Virus record (IMG/VR): IMGVR_UViG_3300023240_000010
DNA: 64,000 nt
Source: a virus
Reading direction: 5' to 3' (one strand)
The notes below the pieces were generated by a model. That model was not told the DNA's origin. It worked only from the letters and a program-made list of their open reading frames with translations, and made no database searches. Shown here piece after piece: positions 18,907 to 28,898 of the stretch. Positions within the stretch are counted from its first letter, which is position 1; the number at the start of each line of letters is the position of its first letter. The position numbers were made by a program, and so were the translations under genes.

Positions 18907-19434
18907 TTAACTAGTAGTATTTGATTCCCAATACTGATATGAGAACGTCACATCAAAGGTTTCAACTTCGTCACGAGTATCATAACTCAGAGCGATTGGT
19001 CCTACAAGTGTTGGGAAAGCACCTCTGAACTGATAACGCTTTAGTACGTCAGAGTTACGATCCAACTGATCAACAATTAAGTCTGCTTGATAATCGACAG
19101 GATTAATTAAACCAGTGTTAGATTGGTGTGCATTGATACCGTTCATCCAACGCTCGAAAGCATCACGAACATCGAAATCAGTATCGTTAATAATGGTTAC
19201 TGTCCAATCTTCGAATGTACGATCACCAGCAATCTTCATCTCACGACCACGGAATGGTACCAAAAGAGGTGCCATCTGTGATTGTGGCAACTGTGCTGAT
19301 TTGCAAAGGAATGACGTAAGTTCTACGTTACCCCCAGCATATGCCGGAAAGTTAAGGGTTGTCTTAAACAGGTTGGGGCGAGCACCGCCACCTCTGAGTT
19401 TCGATTTAAAATCATCTACGCCTAAAATTGCCAT
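18907..19434 (-). CDS. gp19: Tail tube protein gp19
   Basis: GGARPNLF, FRGR..KIAGDRTFEDWTVT, FDVTFSYQYW. Confidence 0.96.
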   Translation of the reverse strand: MAILGVDDFKSKLRGGGARPNLFKTTLNFPAYAGGNVELTSFLCKSAQLPQSQMAPLLVPFRGREMKIAGDRTFEDWTVTIINDTDFDVRDAFERWMNGINAHQSNTGLINPVDYQADLIVDQLDRNSDVLKRYQFRGAFPTLVGPIALSYDTRDEVETFDVTFSYQYWESNTTS

Positions 19435-19447
19435 TGTCTATTCTCCC

Positions 19448-21193
19448 TTATACCAGACCGACTACTTCATCGAAATCAACACCGGTTCTAACTGCTACGA
19501 AGTTCAAAGATACGTAGTTGATAGATCGTGCTGGTTTGATAAAGACAGTAGCGATAAATTGATTATTGTCAATCACTGATGCTGTGTTGTTTGTTTCGTC
19601 ACATACAACTCTAAAATCAGTAATGCCTCTACGACCCTTAATCTCTCTCAAGAAAGGTTCGACTATGTTTACGAACTCAGCACGAGTGAACTCATCATTG
19701 AATTCAAACATTACGTTCTGTGCTGCCGCTTTGATTGCACGTTCTACGCCTAAGAACAGACGACGGACGTTGATACGATCAAATGCAGATGGACGACCTA
19801 GTTTAGTCTTATCGCCATACAGAAGAATACCTTGTCCTGGCAGATTAACGATTGGGTTAACGCCTGCTTTGTACAGAGTATCACGCTGTGCTTTAGTTGC
19901 TGAGTATGCAAGATTAGTTACGCCATAGTACTGACCACGGCGACTGCCTGCAGGAGAGAACCAAGGTGCCGCAACATCATCAGTCAATGCCATTACACCA
20001 GCAGTCGATGCTGCCGCGGCAATATAAACATACTGATCATTATACTTGTCATACACTTTAAGATAGTTGTTATCAACAATCAAGTAAGAAGATGCAGGAA
20101 ACAAGTTAGCAGTAGCGACAGTGTTTGTTACTATAGCACTAGGTGCTACACCGACAACATCAGCACGTGCAGGAGATGTTACAACAACACAATCTTTACG
20201 TGCAGTAGCAATGCTTACAAGATTACTTACAACTGTTACTTGATCCGCTGAAAGTTGCGCACCAGGAGCAATGAGAAAGTCAACTTGAATAGTATCAACA
20301 TCTTCGAACAAACTGAATCCAGAGAGATATTCAGCAGTAGTGAATGTTCCACTGTTTGCACCGCCAGAAAGAATGGTGGTATCGATAGCAGTCTTAGTGC
20401 CAGTGCCATTAACGGCAGCAGTAAATAATACTGAAGTGGTAGTAGTTGCAACTTCGTCGGGCAGACTTACACATCGTACAAACTCAGAACCGGCATTGAC
20501 TACATCGACGGCATAGTTAGATGCGCCTTCAGGAGTTCTAGCATCAGTTGCTACAGATACGTATGGGAATGCTTCAAGAACAGTGCCAGGAGTGCCTGAG
20601 AATTGACCAGTACGATCAATAACTGCAATGTGAATTTCGTCAAAAGCAACATCACCAGAAGCAGATAAACCTGCTACATGAGATGAAGTACCTGGACGTC
20701 CATCGAAAGATGCTTTGTATGCCCAAGTAGCGAATAAATCAGTAGTTGCGCGAGGACAAATCTGAACGTCGATTGAGTTTCCAACAACACCAGCGTGTTT
20801 GCCAACGAACGTATGTCCGCCTGCACTTAACCCTGATTTAGTATTCAAGAAAGCATCATCGTTCTTGATTGTAGGTGCGCTTGCGCCTCCATCACTGTCA
20901 TATGAGTTAACTGCGGTAGCAGTAGCATCACGAACAACATAGAGATCGGTAGAATATTTTAGAAAAGAACTTGCTGTCAAGTAATCGACAACAGAACTAT
21001 CGTTTGTTAATGTAGGAGATCCGAATACACCTACCAATTGAGATTCATTTGAAATCTTTGTTGGTACGCCTATAGGTCCCCAGTTAAAGTCGCCAACAAT
21101 TGCACCAGTAGAAGAAGTGACAGCAGGAACAACACCTGATAAGTCAAACTCTTTTACTGTAATGTTGGGAGACTCTGATGGTATAAATGCCAT
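19448..21193 (-). CDS. gp18: Tail sheath protein gp18
   Basis: SPNITVKEFDL, PWFSPAG..RG, SAFDRINVRRLF, IKPARSIN. Confidence 0.98.
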   Translation of the reverse strand: MAFIPSESPNITVKEFDLSGVVPAVTSSTGAIVGDFNWGPIGVPTKISNESQLVGVFGSPTLTNDSSVVDYLTASSFLKYSTDLYVVRDATATAVNSYDSDGGASAPTIKNDDAFLNTKSGLSAGGHTFVGKHAGVVGNSIDVQICPRATTDLFATWAYKASFDGRPGTSSHVAGLSASGDVAFDEIHIAVIDRTGQFSGTPGTVLEAFPYVSVATDARTPEGASNYAVDVVNAGSEFVRCVSLPDEVATTTTSVLFTAAVNGTGTKTAIDTTILSGGANSGTFTTAEYLSGFSLFEDVDTIQVDFLIAPGAQLSADQVTVVSNLVSIATARKDCVVVTSPARADVVGVAPSAIVTNTVATANLFPASSYLIVDNNYLKVYDKYNDQYVYIAAAASTAGVMALTDDVAAPWFSPAGSRRGQYYGVTNLAYSATKAQRDTLYKAGVNPIVNLPGQGILLYGDKTKLGRPSAFDRINVRRLFLGVERAIKAAAQNVMFEFNDEFTRAEFVNIVEPFLREIKGRRGITDFRVVCDETNNTASVIDNNQFIATVFIKPARSINYVSLNFVAVRTGVDFDEVVGLV

Positions 21194-21257
21194 GGTCTTG
21201 TCCTTTATTAGTTAAACATATGATAAGAATTCATAATACGGTTGTATATCAATGTTT

Positions 21258-21265
21258 TATTTATA
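21258..21265 (-). promoter_or_regulatory. T4 late promoter for gp18
   Basis: TATAAATA. Confidence 0.8.
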
Positions 21266-21278
21266 CATACTGTTATTT

Positions 21279-22901
21279 TCAATATGTATCATTACCCCAC
21301 GTTGCCCATTGCTGGTGTTTATCATTCTCTGACTGTTCAATACGATCTATTTCAGCACTGCCGTCATCAATAAAACCGAAGGGCACGATATCATCTTCGA
21401 TCTGTCTTACTTGATTTTCGAACATCATCTGCTTTAAATTGATATCTGTCATGTCTGCGAAGAACTGTGTGGATACAAAGTAACCAAACATCACTAGATT
21501 CATCATCAAGTCATCGTGATTACCATCTGATGCTTCATAAGATTGTCCCTGTGCTGTAAACGTGGACATCTCAAAGATAGTATTCTCATCGACGATTTCT
21601 AACTTGTTCTCTTCAAGAATATCTTTGATAGCAGAACAACCTAGTCGCTTCGACTTACGGGTTATTTCAACACCAATTCGATTTGCTTTAGTAGCAGATT
21701 CGACATGGACATTCTCGTACTCTAAGTCGTGATACAGACCTTGACACACTACAGTGCCTTGATCGTTTGACTCGACTATAACATACGCTTCATTGTAGAC
21801 TTTCGCATATTTATATATAATGTCAGGGAAGAGTAATGGAGAGATATTGTTGTTGCGATATACACATACCTGTTGAAAAGGTCTTGTAGTAATATCGATT
21901 AATGTAAATGTAGAATAATCCTGACCTCTTCCCTTACTCACATCACAAGTCATGATATATTCGTGACTTTGTACAGGTTCTTTATATACGAGGCAATCAC
22001 CGCCTTCTAGTATCTGTATAGGATTAATTGCTCTCAAGTCTAATAGACAACCAGCATTAATCAGCGTATCACCTGTTCCGAAGAAGGTGTTACCAAACTC
22101 TTGATCGAACTGCAACTGCGAAGTGTTCGCAATAGTCTGTCGCTTCCACTCTTCGTCTCGTCCAGGTACATCCCACCAGTTTACGGTGAATGGTTTATAT
22201 TCATTAACTTTCTGAGTTGCACCCTGCCATATCTTGTGATATGTATTACCTATTCCGTTGGCGGTTGAGGTGATGATAACTTTTGTATCTTTGCCCGCAG
22301 AGACAACTGGATACGTTGAAGTATAGAACTCAGCAGCGCGTTCAACGAAAGCAAACTCATCGAGAAACAACAGATTAACAGACATACCCCGAATAGAAGA
22401 CCCACTAGTAGCAGCGGCAATAATTCGACTATTATTAGAAAATTCAATAGAACCTTTATTGAGTGCTTTACAACCTGGTTGCAGAAAGAACGGTAGATTC
22501 TCAAGAGCAAGTGTAATACGCTGTAGCATTTCACGAGAGGTTGCTCCTTTGTTCGCTAGAACAGCAATCGTTTTCTCTGGATGAAAGAGCGCATACCATA
22601 AAAGGTATACAACAGATGATATAGATTTGCCTGACTGTCTACAAGCAAGCACGATAGTGAATCTGTGTGCACCAAAGTGATCAAACATATTTTCTTGATA
22701 ATCATATAGATTAAAGTTTACAAGACCTTCATCTAATGATATAATCTTAATGTAAGTACGAGCAAAGTAAGCAGGATCATTACTGCACTTCGCGTACTCC
22801 ATGACTTCCCACTCAGTCCATTGTTGTAATACGCCGTCACGTTTTACATTAGGATTACCGAGATAGGATGTGCCGCTATTGAGGTTCGTCTGGAACGACA
22901 T
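21279..22901 (-). CDS. gp17: Terminase large subunit gp17
   Basis: YLGNPN, RQSGKS, LFLDEFAF, DVSKGRGQDYS, HDDLMM. Confidence 0.98.
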   Translation of the reverse strand: MSFQTNLNSGTSYLGNPNVKRDGVLQQWTEWEVMEYAKCSNDPAYFARTYIKIISLDEGLVNFNLYDYQENMFDHFGAHRFTIVLACRQSGKSISSVVYLLWYALFHPEKTIAVLANKGATSREMLQRITLALENLPFFLQPGCKALNKGSIEFSNNSRIIAAATSGSSIRGMSVNLLFLDEFAFVERAAEFYTSTYPVVSAGKDTKVIITSTANGIGNTYHKIWQGATQKVNEYKPFTVNWWDVPGRDEEWKRQTIANTSQLQFDQEFGNTFFGTGDTLINAGCLLDLRAINPIQILEGGDCLVYKEPVQSHEYIMTCDVSKGRGQDYSTFTLIDITTRPFQQVCVYRNNNISPLLFPDIIYKYAKVYNEAYVIVESNDQGTVVCQGLYHDLEYENVHVESATKANRIGVEITRKSKRLGCSAIKDILEENKLEIVDENTIFEMSTFTAQGQSYEASDGNHDDLMMNLVMFGYFVSTQFFADMTDINLKQMMFENQVRQIEDDIVPFGFIDDGSAEIDRIEQSENDKHQQWATWGNDTY

Positions 22902-23241
22902 TAATTACCTTTTGCTCTTCGGCATTCTTAATCAGCATTCGCTGTAAGTCTGTTGTACTGCCAATGAATACATTATTATTAGTAACAGTACTAGGTGCGT
23001 CTAAAGCGGGTTTAGTAGTTGCGGTGACTTCCTTATACTTCTTATTCAAGTCCATCAACTTATCATTAACATCAGATATGTTTTTAATCATGCCAGAAAG
23101 AACTTCGAATGCCCGAGGATGTTCACTCTCACGAGCAACTTCAATCATCAACTCTAAAGACTCACGACCTTTCTCAATCAGATCGTTGTATGTGTCACGA
23201 GAGGTGTTATAGTCTGCATCAATGTTATCATGTTCTGCCAT
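22876..23241 (-). CDS. gp16: Terminase small subunit gp16
   Basis: ESEHPRAFEV, NNVFIGSTTDLQRML. Confidence 0.93.
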   Translation of the reverse strand: MAEHDNIDADYNTSRDTYNDLIEKGRESLELMIEVARESEHPRAFEVLSGMIKNISDVNDKLMDLNKKYKEVTATTKPALDAPSTVTNNNVFIGSTTDLQRMLIKNAEEQKVINVVPDEPQ

Positions 23242-23244
23242 ATA

Positions 23245-23472
23245 TTATCTCTTTCGCTCAGACATTTGTTGTGCCCAAGTCAATTCTTCGATGAGTCGAT
23301 TATACCACGCTATGTCATATGTATCTGTATTCTTATCTCGCTCTTCAGCAAGTTGTTCAATACGGACATCGACATATTTCTGCTTGGCGATACTCAATTC
23401 TTCGTTTGCTTTATCCCAGAATTTCTTATCTATTTCAGTTGTATCAAGTTGGAACGACATCTCTGCTTTCAT
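23245..23472 (-). CDS. Small hypothetical protein
   Basis: 75-aa ORF packed before gp16. Confidence 0.65.
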   Translation of the reverse strand: MKAEMSFQLDTTEIDKKFWDKANEELSIAKQKYVDVRIEQLAEERDKNTDTYDIAWYNRLIEELTWAQQMSERKR

Positions 23473-24337
23473 ATCCTTTTACCATCACCGGTACACCGGT
23501 AGTACCATTAAATACAACACCCCAAACAAGAACACGAGTAGCATCAACACCTTCGGGTATCGGATAATCTAAATCATGTTCAGTACAATATGCTTGCACA
23601 TCTTGCCAATACGCATCGAAAAACATATCGTTCATGTTATCTATAATGCCATCTTCGTTGTGTATTCTAGCATAATATACACTACGTTGGTCACTCACCT
23701 CGGGAGGATAGGTGACTGAAGGTATTCTATTTCGGTGAACAATCTTCATTGACACAGTGTCATCATCAAGGTTAAACTTGTAACCGAACCAAGGCATCAA
23801 CATTGTATATACGTTTAAGTCTACATTGTATCTTGAATGTGGAGGTCGTCTATGTACGTATTGATTAACATTAGCAAAATCCGTTGCTGGATCAGTGAAC
23901 ATCTCCATATCATAGAAACTGATTGACGATGCCGCAGTATATGGTGGTCTATATGGACCGTAACTGCCTACCACATTCAAATTAGAGGTTTCAAGATCAT
24001 ATGCGGGGAAACGTGCCTCAATAATACCAACAAGTTCTTGACCTTCAGTTTCATGAATTAAATAATCTACTCTTTTTATTTGACCATTAACATACACGTT
24101 AGAGGCAGGGTTGTCACCGCTAGGAATCTGTTCTCTATAAGAAGTCCAGATTTCATGTTTAATAAATTCATTAAGAGATGTATATGAATCTTCGTAATTT
24201 ATAGTGCCGTCTGCATTCAATATCGCAGGAGCATTCATAATCAAATTGCCTGAAGAATCATTAACATACACTCGCCAAATGTGTGTTTCGACTGGATCTC
24301 GCTCGTATACTAAATCATTTACATCTATATTATTCAT
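23444..24337 (-). CDS. Hypothetical protein
   Basis: 297-aa ORF following the gp7-like gene; no recognised motif. Confidence 0.75.
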   Translation of the reverse strand: MNNIDVNDLVYERDPVETHIWRVYVNDSSGNLIMNAPAILNADGTINYEDSYTSLNEFIKHEIWTSYREQIPSGDNPASNVYVNGQIKRVDYLIHETEGQELVGIIEARFPAYDLETSNLNVVGSYGPYRPPYTAASSISFYDMEMFTDPATDFANVNQYVHRRPPHSRYNVDLNVYTMLMPWFGYKFNLDDDTVSMKIVHRNRIPSVTYPPEVSDQRSVYYARIHNEDGIIDNMNDMFFDAYWQDVQAYCTEHDLDYPIPEGVDATRVLVWGVVFNGTTGVPVMVKGYESRDVVPT

Positions 24338-24339
24338 AA

Positions 24340-27300
24340 TTAAATTCCGTTAAAAGTGCTGGTGTAGGCACTAACACTAGATCGATAGTTATATGTCAAA
24401 ACCGTTGTGCCTGTACCAAGAGTTCCATTATATTCTTTAATAGTTACTGTTACCCATCTTGAATTAACGACAAGAGCATCTTGGCCGCCTGACGGTGTTG
24501 TCTGAGCAATATGTCGATAATAGTGTACACCACTTTGTGTAGATGTTCCAACCACCCACCATTGAGTCGAAGTATTGTCCCATGCGGCAACTTCTACACC
24601 ATTCACATAACGCTGTCCATAGACGTATGAATAACCACTTGAACCACCAGTTTGTTGATTAGGTACAGTCGGAATAGTTCTTTGTGAATCATTATAAAAT
24701 CTAACATTCATCTGGTAATTTGAACCAATGTAATCGGATCTCGCCGCGATAGGAAGAATCCAGTTATCATCATACTCTGGATCACCAAAATCTTCATAAA
24801 TAGTACCGCCCGATGCATAATGTGGTTGAAAATTCTTCCATACAATTCCTTGACCAGTATGATTGTACTCAGTCATTAGAGTTGTAGTTTGCGGATTTCC
24901 GTTTAAATTAAAGAAACTTGCCTCAAGTACATCGTTAGTATTGTATTCTAAATTTACAGTTACTGGAGTAGTATCTGCAATAGTAACTGTTGCAGCAGTA
25001 GCAAGTCCAAGATTGGCGCCAAGATATTCATTATACGAAAATTCGTTATTGAAGACTCTAATATTCCAGACATCATCGAAATGATCACTATTCACCAGTG
25101 TTGCTAAATTAAAGGTACCCGCATTGCTTGATACTGCTACAGTGCCATATAGTTCGGTCGCATCGCCCCAATCCGCCGGGAAAGCAAACTTTATATGTTC
25201 GCCTGTAACTGTCGCTCTAGTTGTAGGTTCTGACATTGTGACATAACCAGCAGTGCCGCTAGTATTGATTATACTAGTGATTGTACCCGGTAGGGCAGCG
25301 TCATCAGTTGACATTCCTACTTGTAAATCTAAACCAGAATTTGAAGGACCTTGGTGATCGATCTGTGAGGTGCCCGCACTTCGACCATTTGGACAGTCAA
25401 GTGTTTTAATTATTGCAGGATCATGCCAGTAGTATGTGCCCGGAGGAATATTAGATCCTCCAATAGTGTATATTATCGTAGAACCTTCTTGACCAGTCGT
25501 AGCATTAGGAGTAACTGTCATTGCTGGTGCTTGATCGACTAGATTGAATGTTGTAGATGCTATTACTGTGCCGGATGCGGACGCATAACCACCACGTGAA
25601 ACAGTAATTCCACCGACTGAAGTGCCTTGATATGTAGTACTAGAAGTTGTACTCAGAAATATATTTCGAGTTGCGGAACTACTAGATGATGCAAGTTGTT
25701 GCGTAGGTATTCTACCAATTACTGCGGATCCAGTAACCTCGATATACAGTGTCTCGCTGTTTGGACTAGTTTGGTTAGTCGCAGAAATCACTATATTCAG
25801 AGTGCTGCCTTCAACAGGACTATTAGATGTAACGGAATAGTTTGTTACGGACGTATCAGTTACAGTGACAGTTCCACTAGACACAACAGGAGGTACGCTT
25901 GAATTGTTAGAATCAGAAACAAGAACACTGAATGATTCTGTGCCCTCGGTGAGCGCATCATTAAGCAAAGCGACAGCAATAGTACCAGTACCGCCAGTCA
26001 CAACCAACGAACTTCTATTGGTGTTTGAACCTATCGCACTAGAAAAGTCTGCCGCTTGTATCGAACTGCCTGTAGGAATCCACCAATAGTATGTTCCGTC
26101 TGGTTGATTAGTCGTGAATGTGAATGTAACTTGACTACCTTCATTCGCAGAAGATGTACTAGGCGATAAAGCATATGAAGTGTTAGTACCTTGTATCACG
26201 TAAGACAGTGACGCTAACAGATTACCACCCGTCTGAGCATCATATAGACGCGCAGTGAATGATTCATCCTCAACTTCAGAATCAGAAGCAACAGTAATCT
26301 GAAAGACAGTATCGCCTGGATCACTAATAGCAGTTGATGAACGTGAACCTGTCTGCGGAGGTGTTGTTGTGAAATCTGCATCTACAGTTGTACCGTGAAG
26401 TATTTCAAACCATACAGTAGTAGGATCAGGAATATTTGTTCCGTCTACTGAGAAAGTGATTGTAGTACCTTCGACCGCGAACTCTGGACTAGAATTCATA
26501 CCCCATGTAGGCGCAACGTCTGTCATCACAAAGGTTGTTGTTGTAGTAGCATTAGATACGTTATTAGTTATACTGACAGTAGGAGTTACAGTTCCTTGAT
26601 ATAAATCACTAACAGTAGTAGGTATAACTTTAGTGAATACTCCATTGCCTTCTGCGGGTACAGTAAATGTCTCCGTCAGAGGAGAAATTCTTCCATCAGC
26701 ATTAGTAATAGTGTAAGTTAAAGAATCACCAGTCTCTGATGTGTTTACTGTGATAGCAAGAACAAGTGAGTTGCCTTCTACAATATCTTCTGCTGAAACT
26801 GTGAATGCACTCGCTACTTGTTGTACGGAAACTGTTGTTGTTGCCACTGTTGTCTGATTCACATCTCTGATATTAACAGTAAACTCTTCGTCATCATCGG
26901 ATGCCTGATCGATAACAGTTTTAAGTGAGAACGAACCGGTGCTACCTGATATAGTTACCAAAGACAACGCACTCTGAAGATCAGCAACTTGCTGTGGAGC
27001 AACTGTGAAATCAGCATCGTTGGTGTCGCCATGAACTACATGATAGTATAGTTCGGTAGATCCGTCATAAGGTACATTTGATCCGTTGACTGTGAATGTT
27101 ATCACATCACCTTCATTAGGCGTAGCAGAACTGGGTGTTAAAGTATATGAAGGCGCAGAGTTATTAATAGTAATAATAGCACTTTCTAAGTTTCTACCAT
27201 CTCGATCAATTACTTTCAGCGTGTAGTTGTCGCTAGAAGAACCGGCAGCATCACTATCAATCCAACTTCTTAATGTGAAAGTTGCAGTAGAATTGTTGAC

Positions 27301-28194
27301 GTTTATTAATCGAGGACCAGCACTATCACCAAACAATGGTATTTTACTGGTGATTGCGGGCAAATTAGAATATGCAGGTGTTATGAATGCATTGAGTGGA
27401 AAGTCTGAGTCAGTAGTTGAACCATGCTCGACATACGCATACACAGCGTCAATGCCTTCGGGTATATTATTACCAGTCAGTGTGAATGTTGTTGTTTCGC
27501 CTTCGTTAGTAGGACCGTCATTGGCGAGTGAGTATGAGATAGAGGTTCTTGCTACTGCACTATCACTGGGTAAATTCATGATACTAAGATCATTAGTGGC
27601 AAGTAGAACTTCGCTGCCGAGATACATTCCTGCAGGATGCACAAACTTCTTAAATACTTCTGACCATTGTGAGATAGGAATACCTACACGAATAAGCAGA
27701 GCATATGTCTGATACAGTTTATCGTCGGTTAAGAAGTTTAGATAGTCCGGACCAATTCGCGATTTTGTGTCAGATACATTAAAGATGTCTTCTTTAGGAT
27801 AAAGAACTTCAGCGTCCAAACCATAGAACGATCTGAAGAACCATTCAATAGCAAACTTAGATCCTTTAGCACGAAACAATGTACTAGAGAAGTTTGCGGC
27901 AGCACGTTTCTCTGCCTCTGATTGTCCAAAACCTTCGAAGTAATTCTCGCCAAGAAGTAACTCATCTTCAATAAAGGAGAGTAGAGTAACGTCTGTCTCG
28001 TTAATGTCACGAGAAGCGAATAGATGATTGAGAAGTTCTGTTGGTTTGTATGTATCTTGCCACTCATAATACTCTTCAAGAAGTTTTATGAATTTAGGAT
28101 AAGCGGAACTAAAATGCTCGGGCAAAACACTTTCAATCTGATCTTTACGCAGATTGACATGTCTTCTTCTCTTGTCGATAAAACCTTTATGCAT
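24340..28194 (-). CDS. Baseplate wedge gp7-like protein with Calx-beta/Ig-like repeats
   Basis: N-terminal VLPEHF..YPKF..LEEYY, FRAKGS..WFFRSFYG, VHPAGM; tandem ~110-aa units (EG.T.TF..G.NIP...HG.T.D.DF...E.FTV). Confidence 0.7.
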   Translation of the reverse strand: MHKGFIDKRRRHVNLRKDQIESVLPEHFSSAYPKFIKLLEEYYEWQDTYKPTELLNHLFASRDINETDVTLLSFIEDELLLGENYFEGFGQSEAEKRAAANFSSTLFRAKGSKFAIEWFFRSFYGLDAEVLYPKEDIFNVSDTKSRIGPDYLNFLTDDKLYQTYALLIRVGIPISQWSEVFKKFVHPAGMYLGSEVLLATNDLSIMNLPSDSAVARTSISYSLANDGPTNEGETTTFTLTGNNIPEGIDAVYAYVEHGSTTDSDFPLNAFITPAYSNLPAITSKIPLFGDSAGPRLINVNNSTATFTLRSWIDSDAAGSSSDNYTLKVIDRDGRNLESAIITINNSAPSYTLTPSSATPNEGDVITFTVNGSNVPYDGSTELYYHVVHGDTNDADFTVAPQQVADLQSALSLVTISGSTGSFSLKTVIDQASDDDEEFTVNIRDVNQTTVATTTVSVQQVASAFTVSAEDIVEGNSLVLAITVNTSETGDSLTYTITNADGRISPLTETFTVPAEGNGVFTKVIPTTVSDLYQGTVTPTVSITNNVSNATTTTTFVMTDVAPTWGMNSSPEFAVEGTTITFSVDGTNIPDPTTVWFEILHGTTVDADFTTTPPQTGSRSSTAISDPGDTVFQITVASDSEVEDESFTARLYDAQTGGNLLASLSYVIQGTNTSYALSPSTSSANEGSQVTFTFTTNQPDGTYYWWIPTGSSIQAADFSSAIGSNTNRSSLVVTGGTGTIAVALLNDALTEGTESFSVLVSDSNNSSVPPVVSSGTVTVTDTSVTNYSVTSNSPVEGSTLNIVISATNQTSPNSETLYIEVTGSAVIGRIPTQQLASSSSSATRNIFLSTTSSTTYQGTSVGGITVSRGGYASASGTVIASTTFNLVDQAPAMTVTPNATTGQEGSTIIYTIGGSNIPPGTYYWHDPAIIKTLDCPNGRSAGTSQIDHQGPSNSGLDLQVGMSTDDAALPGTITSIINTSGTAGYVTMSEPTTRATVTGEHIKFAFPADWGDATELYGTVAVSSNAGTFNLATLVNSDHFDDVWNIRVFNNEFSYNEYLGANLGLATAATVTIADTTPVTVNLEYNTNDVLEASFFNLNGNPQTTTLMTEYNHTGQGIVWKNFQPHYASGGTIYEDFGDPEYDDNWILPIAARSDYIGSNYQMNVRFYNDSQRTIPTVPNQQTGGSSGYSYVYGQRYVNGVEVAAWDNTSTQWWVVGTSTQSGVHYYRHIAQTTPSGGQDALVVNSRWVTVTIKEYNGTLGTGTTVLTYNYRSSVSAYTSTFNGI

Positions 28195-28856
28195 TATGCA
28201 CCATTTCCACTATTCAGCGTTTTCACTGCTAGTGCTAGTCTATCTATTGCGTCTTTAACATTTGTTGGTGCTGGACTAGTCCATAGTCCTGCACTATCTG
28301 TAGTGTAACCAAGTAAGTTACCTAAACCAGAGTAAGAACCCGCAGTTAAAATATTAGTTTGTGGATTGTAGGATAGTTGAGTATCAGTTCTTGCACTATC
28401 GTCGCCCGCAACAACACTTGTCATTACTGGATATAATGCAGTGATTGTTGAACCAGAAGAATCAACTTTAATCAATTCTGATGTGTGAGATGCTACATAA
28501 GCAACAATCGCTCCTGATGTCGCCAAAGCACTGTCCGTAAGAGATAATCCACCGGCAGAGTCAACTATTGAAGTTGCATATGTGCTATTAACATAATCGC
28601 GCAGAATGCCAAATTTGACTGTACCAGAAGTGGAGATATCACCACCAGCGATAAGTTCGTTAGCGATAGTAAGATCGCCTAATGGAATAACAATACCGCC
28701 ATCAGCAGAATCCCGAATGTTCTTTGCCAGATGTGAAAGCAAGAGTCCTCGGGTAATCTTCTTTGTCGTTCCAGTACTTACATCATTAATAACAATAACA
28801 TCCGAATCGACTGATACTGTTAATACTGGTAGTGCCGATATCTTAATATCTGCCAT
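28194..28856 (-). CDS. Short fibre-like virion protein
   Basis: MADIKISAL..DVSTGTTKKIT N-terminus; C-terminus paralogous to the neighbouring gene. Confidence 0.7.
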   Translation of the reverse strand: MADIKISALPVLTVSVDSDVIVINDVSTGTTKKITRGLLLSHLAKNIRDSADGGIVIPLGDLTIANELIAGGDISTSGTVKFGILRDYVNSTYATSIVDSAGGLSLTDSALATSGAIVAYVASHTSELIKVDSSGSTITALYPVMTSVVAGDDSARTDTQLSYNPQTNILTAGSYSGLGNLLGYTTDSAGLWTSPAPTNVKDAIDRLALAVKTLNSGNGA

Positions 28857-28898
28857 TTCTATTCTTCCTCAAATACTTTCTGTTATTTAGACTTAGTG

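Noticed and set aside
19115-19928. Plus-strand ORFs of 154 and 120 aa
   Set aside because: Antisense shadows of gp19 and gp18
10141-22901. Introns, inteins or homing endonucleases in uvsW, gp23, gp20, gp17
   Set aside because: All are uninterrupted and of normal length
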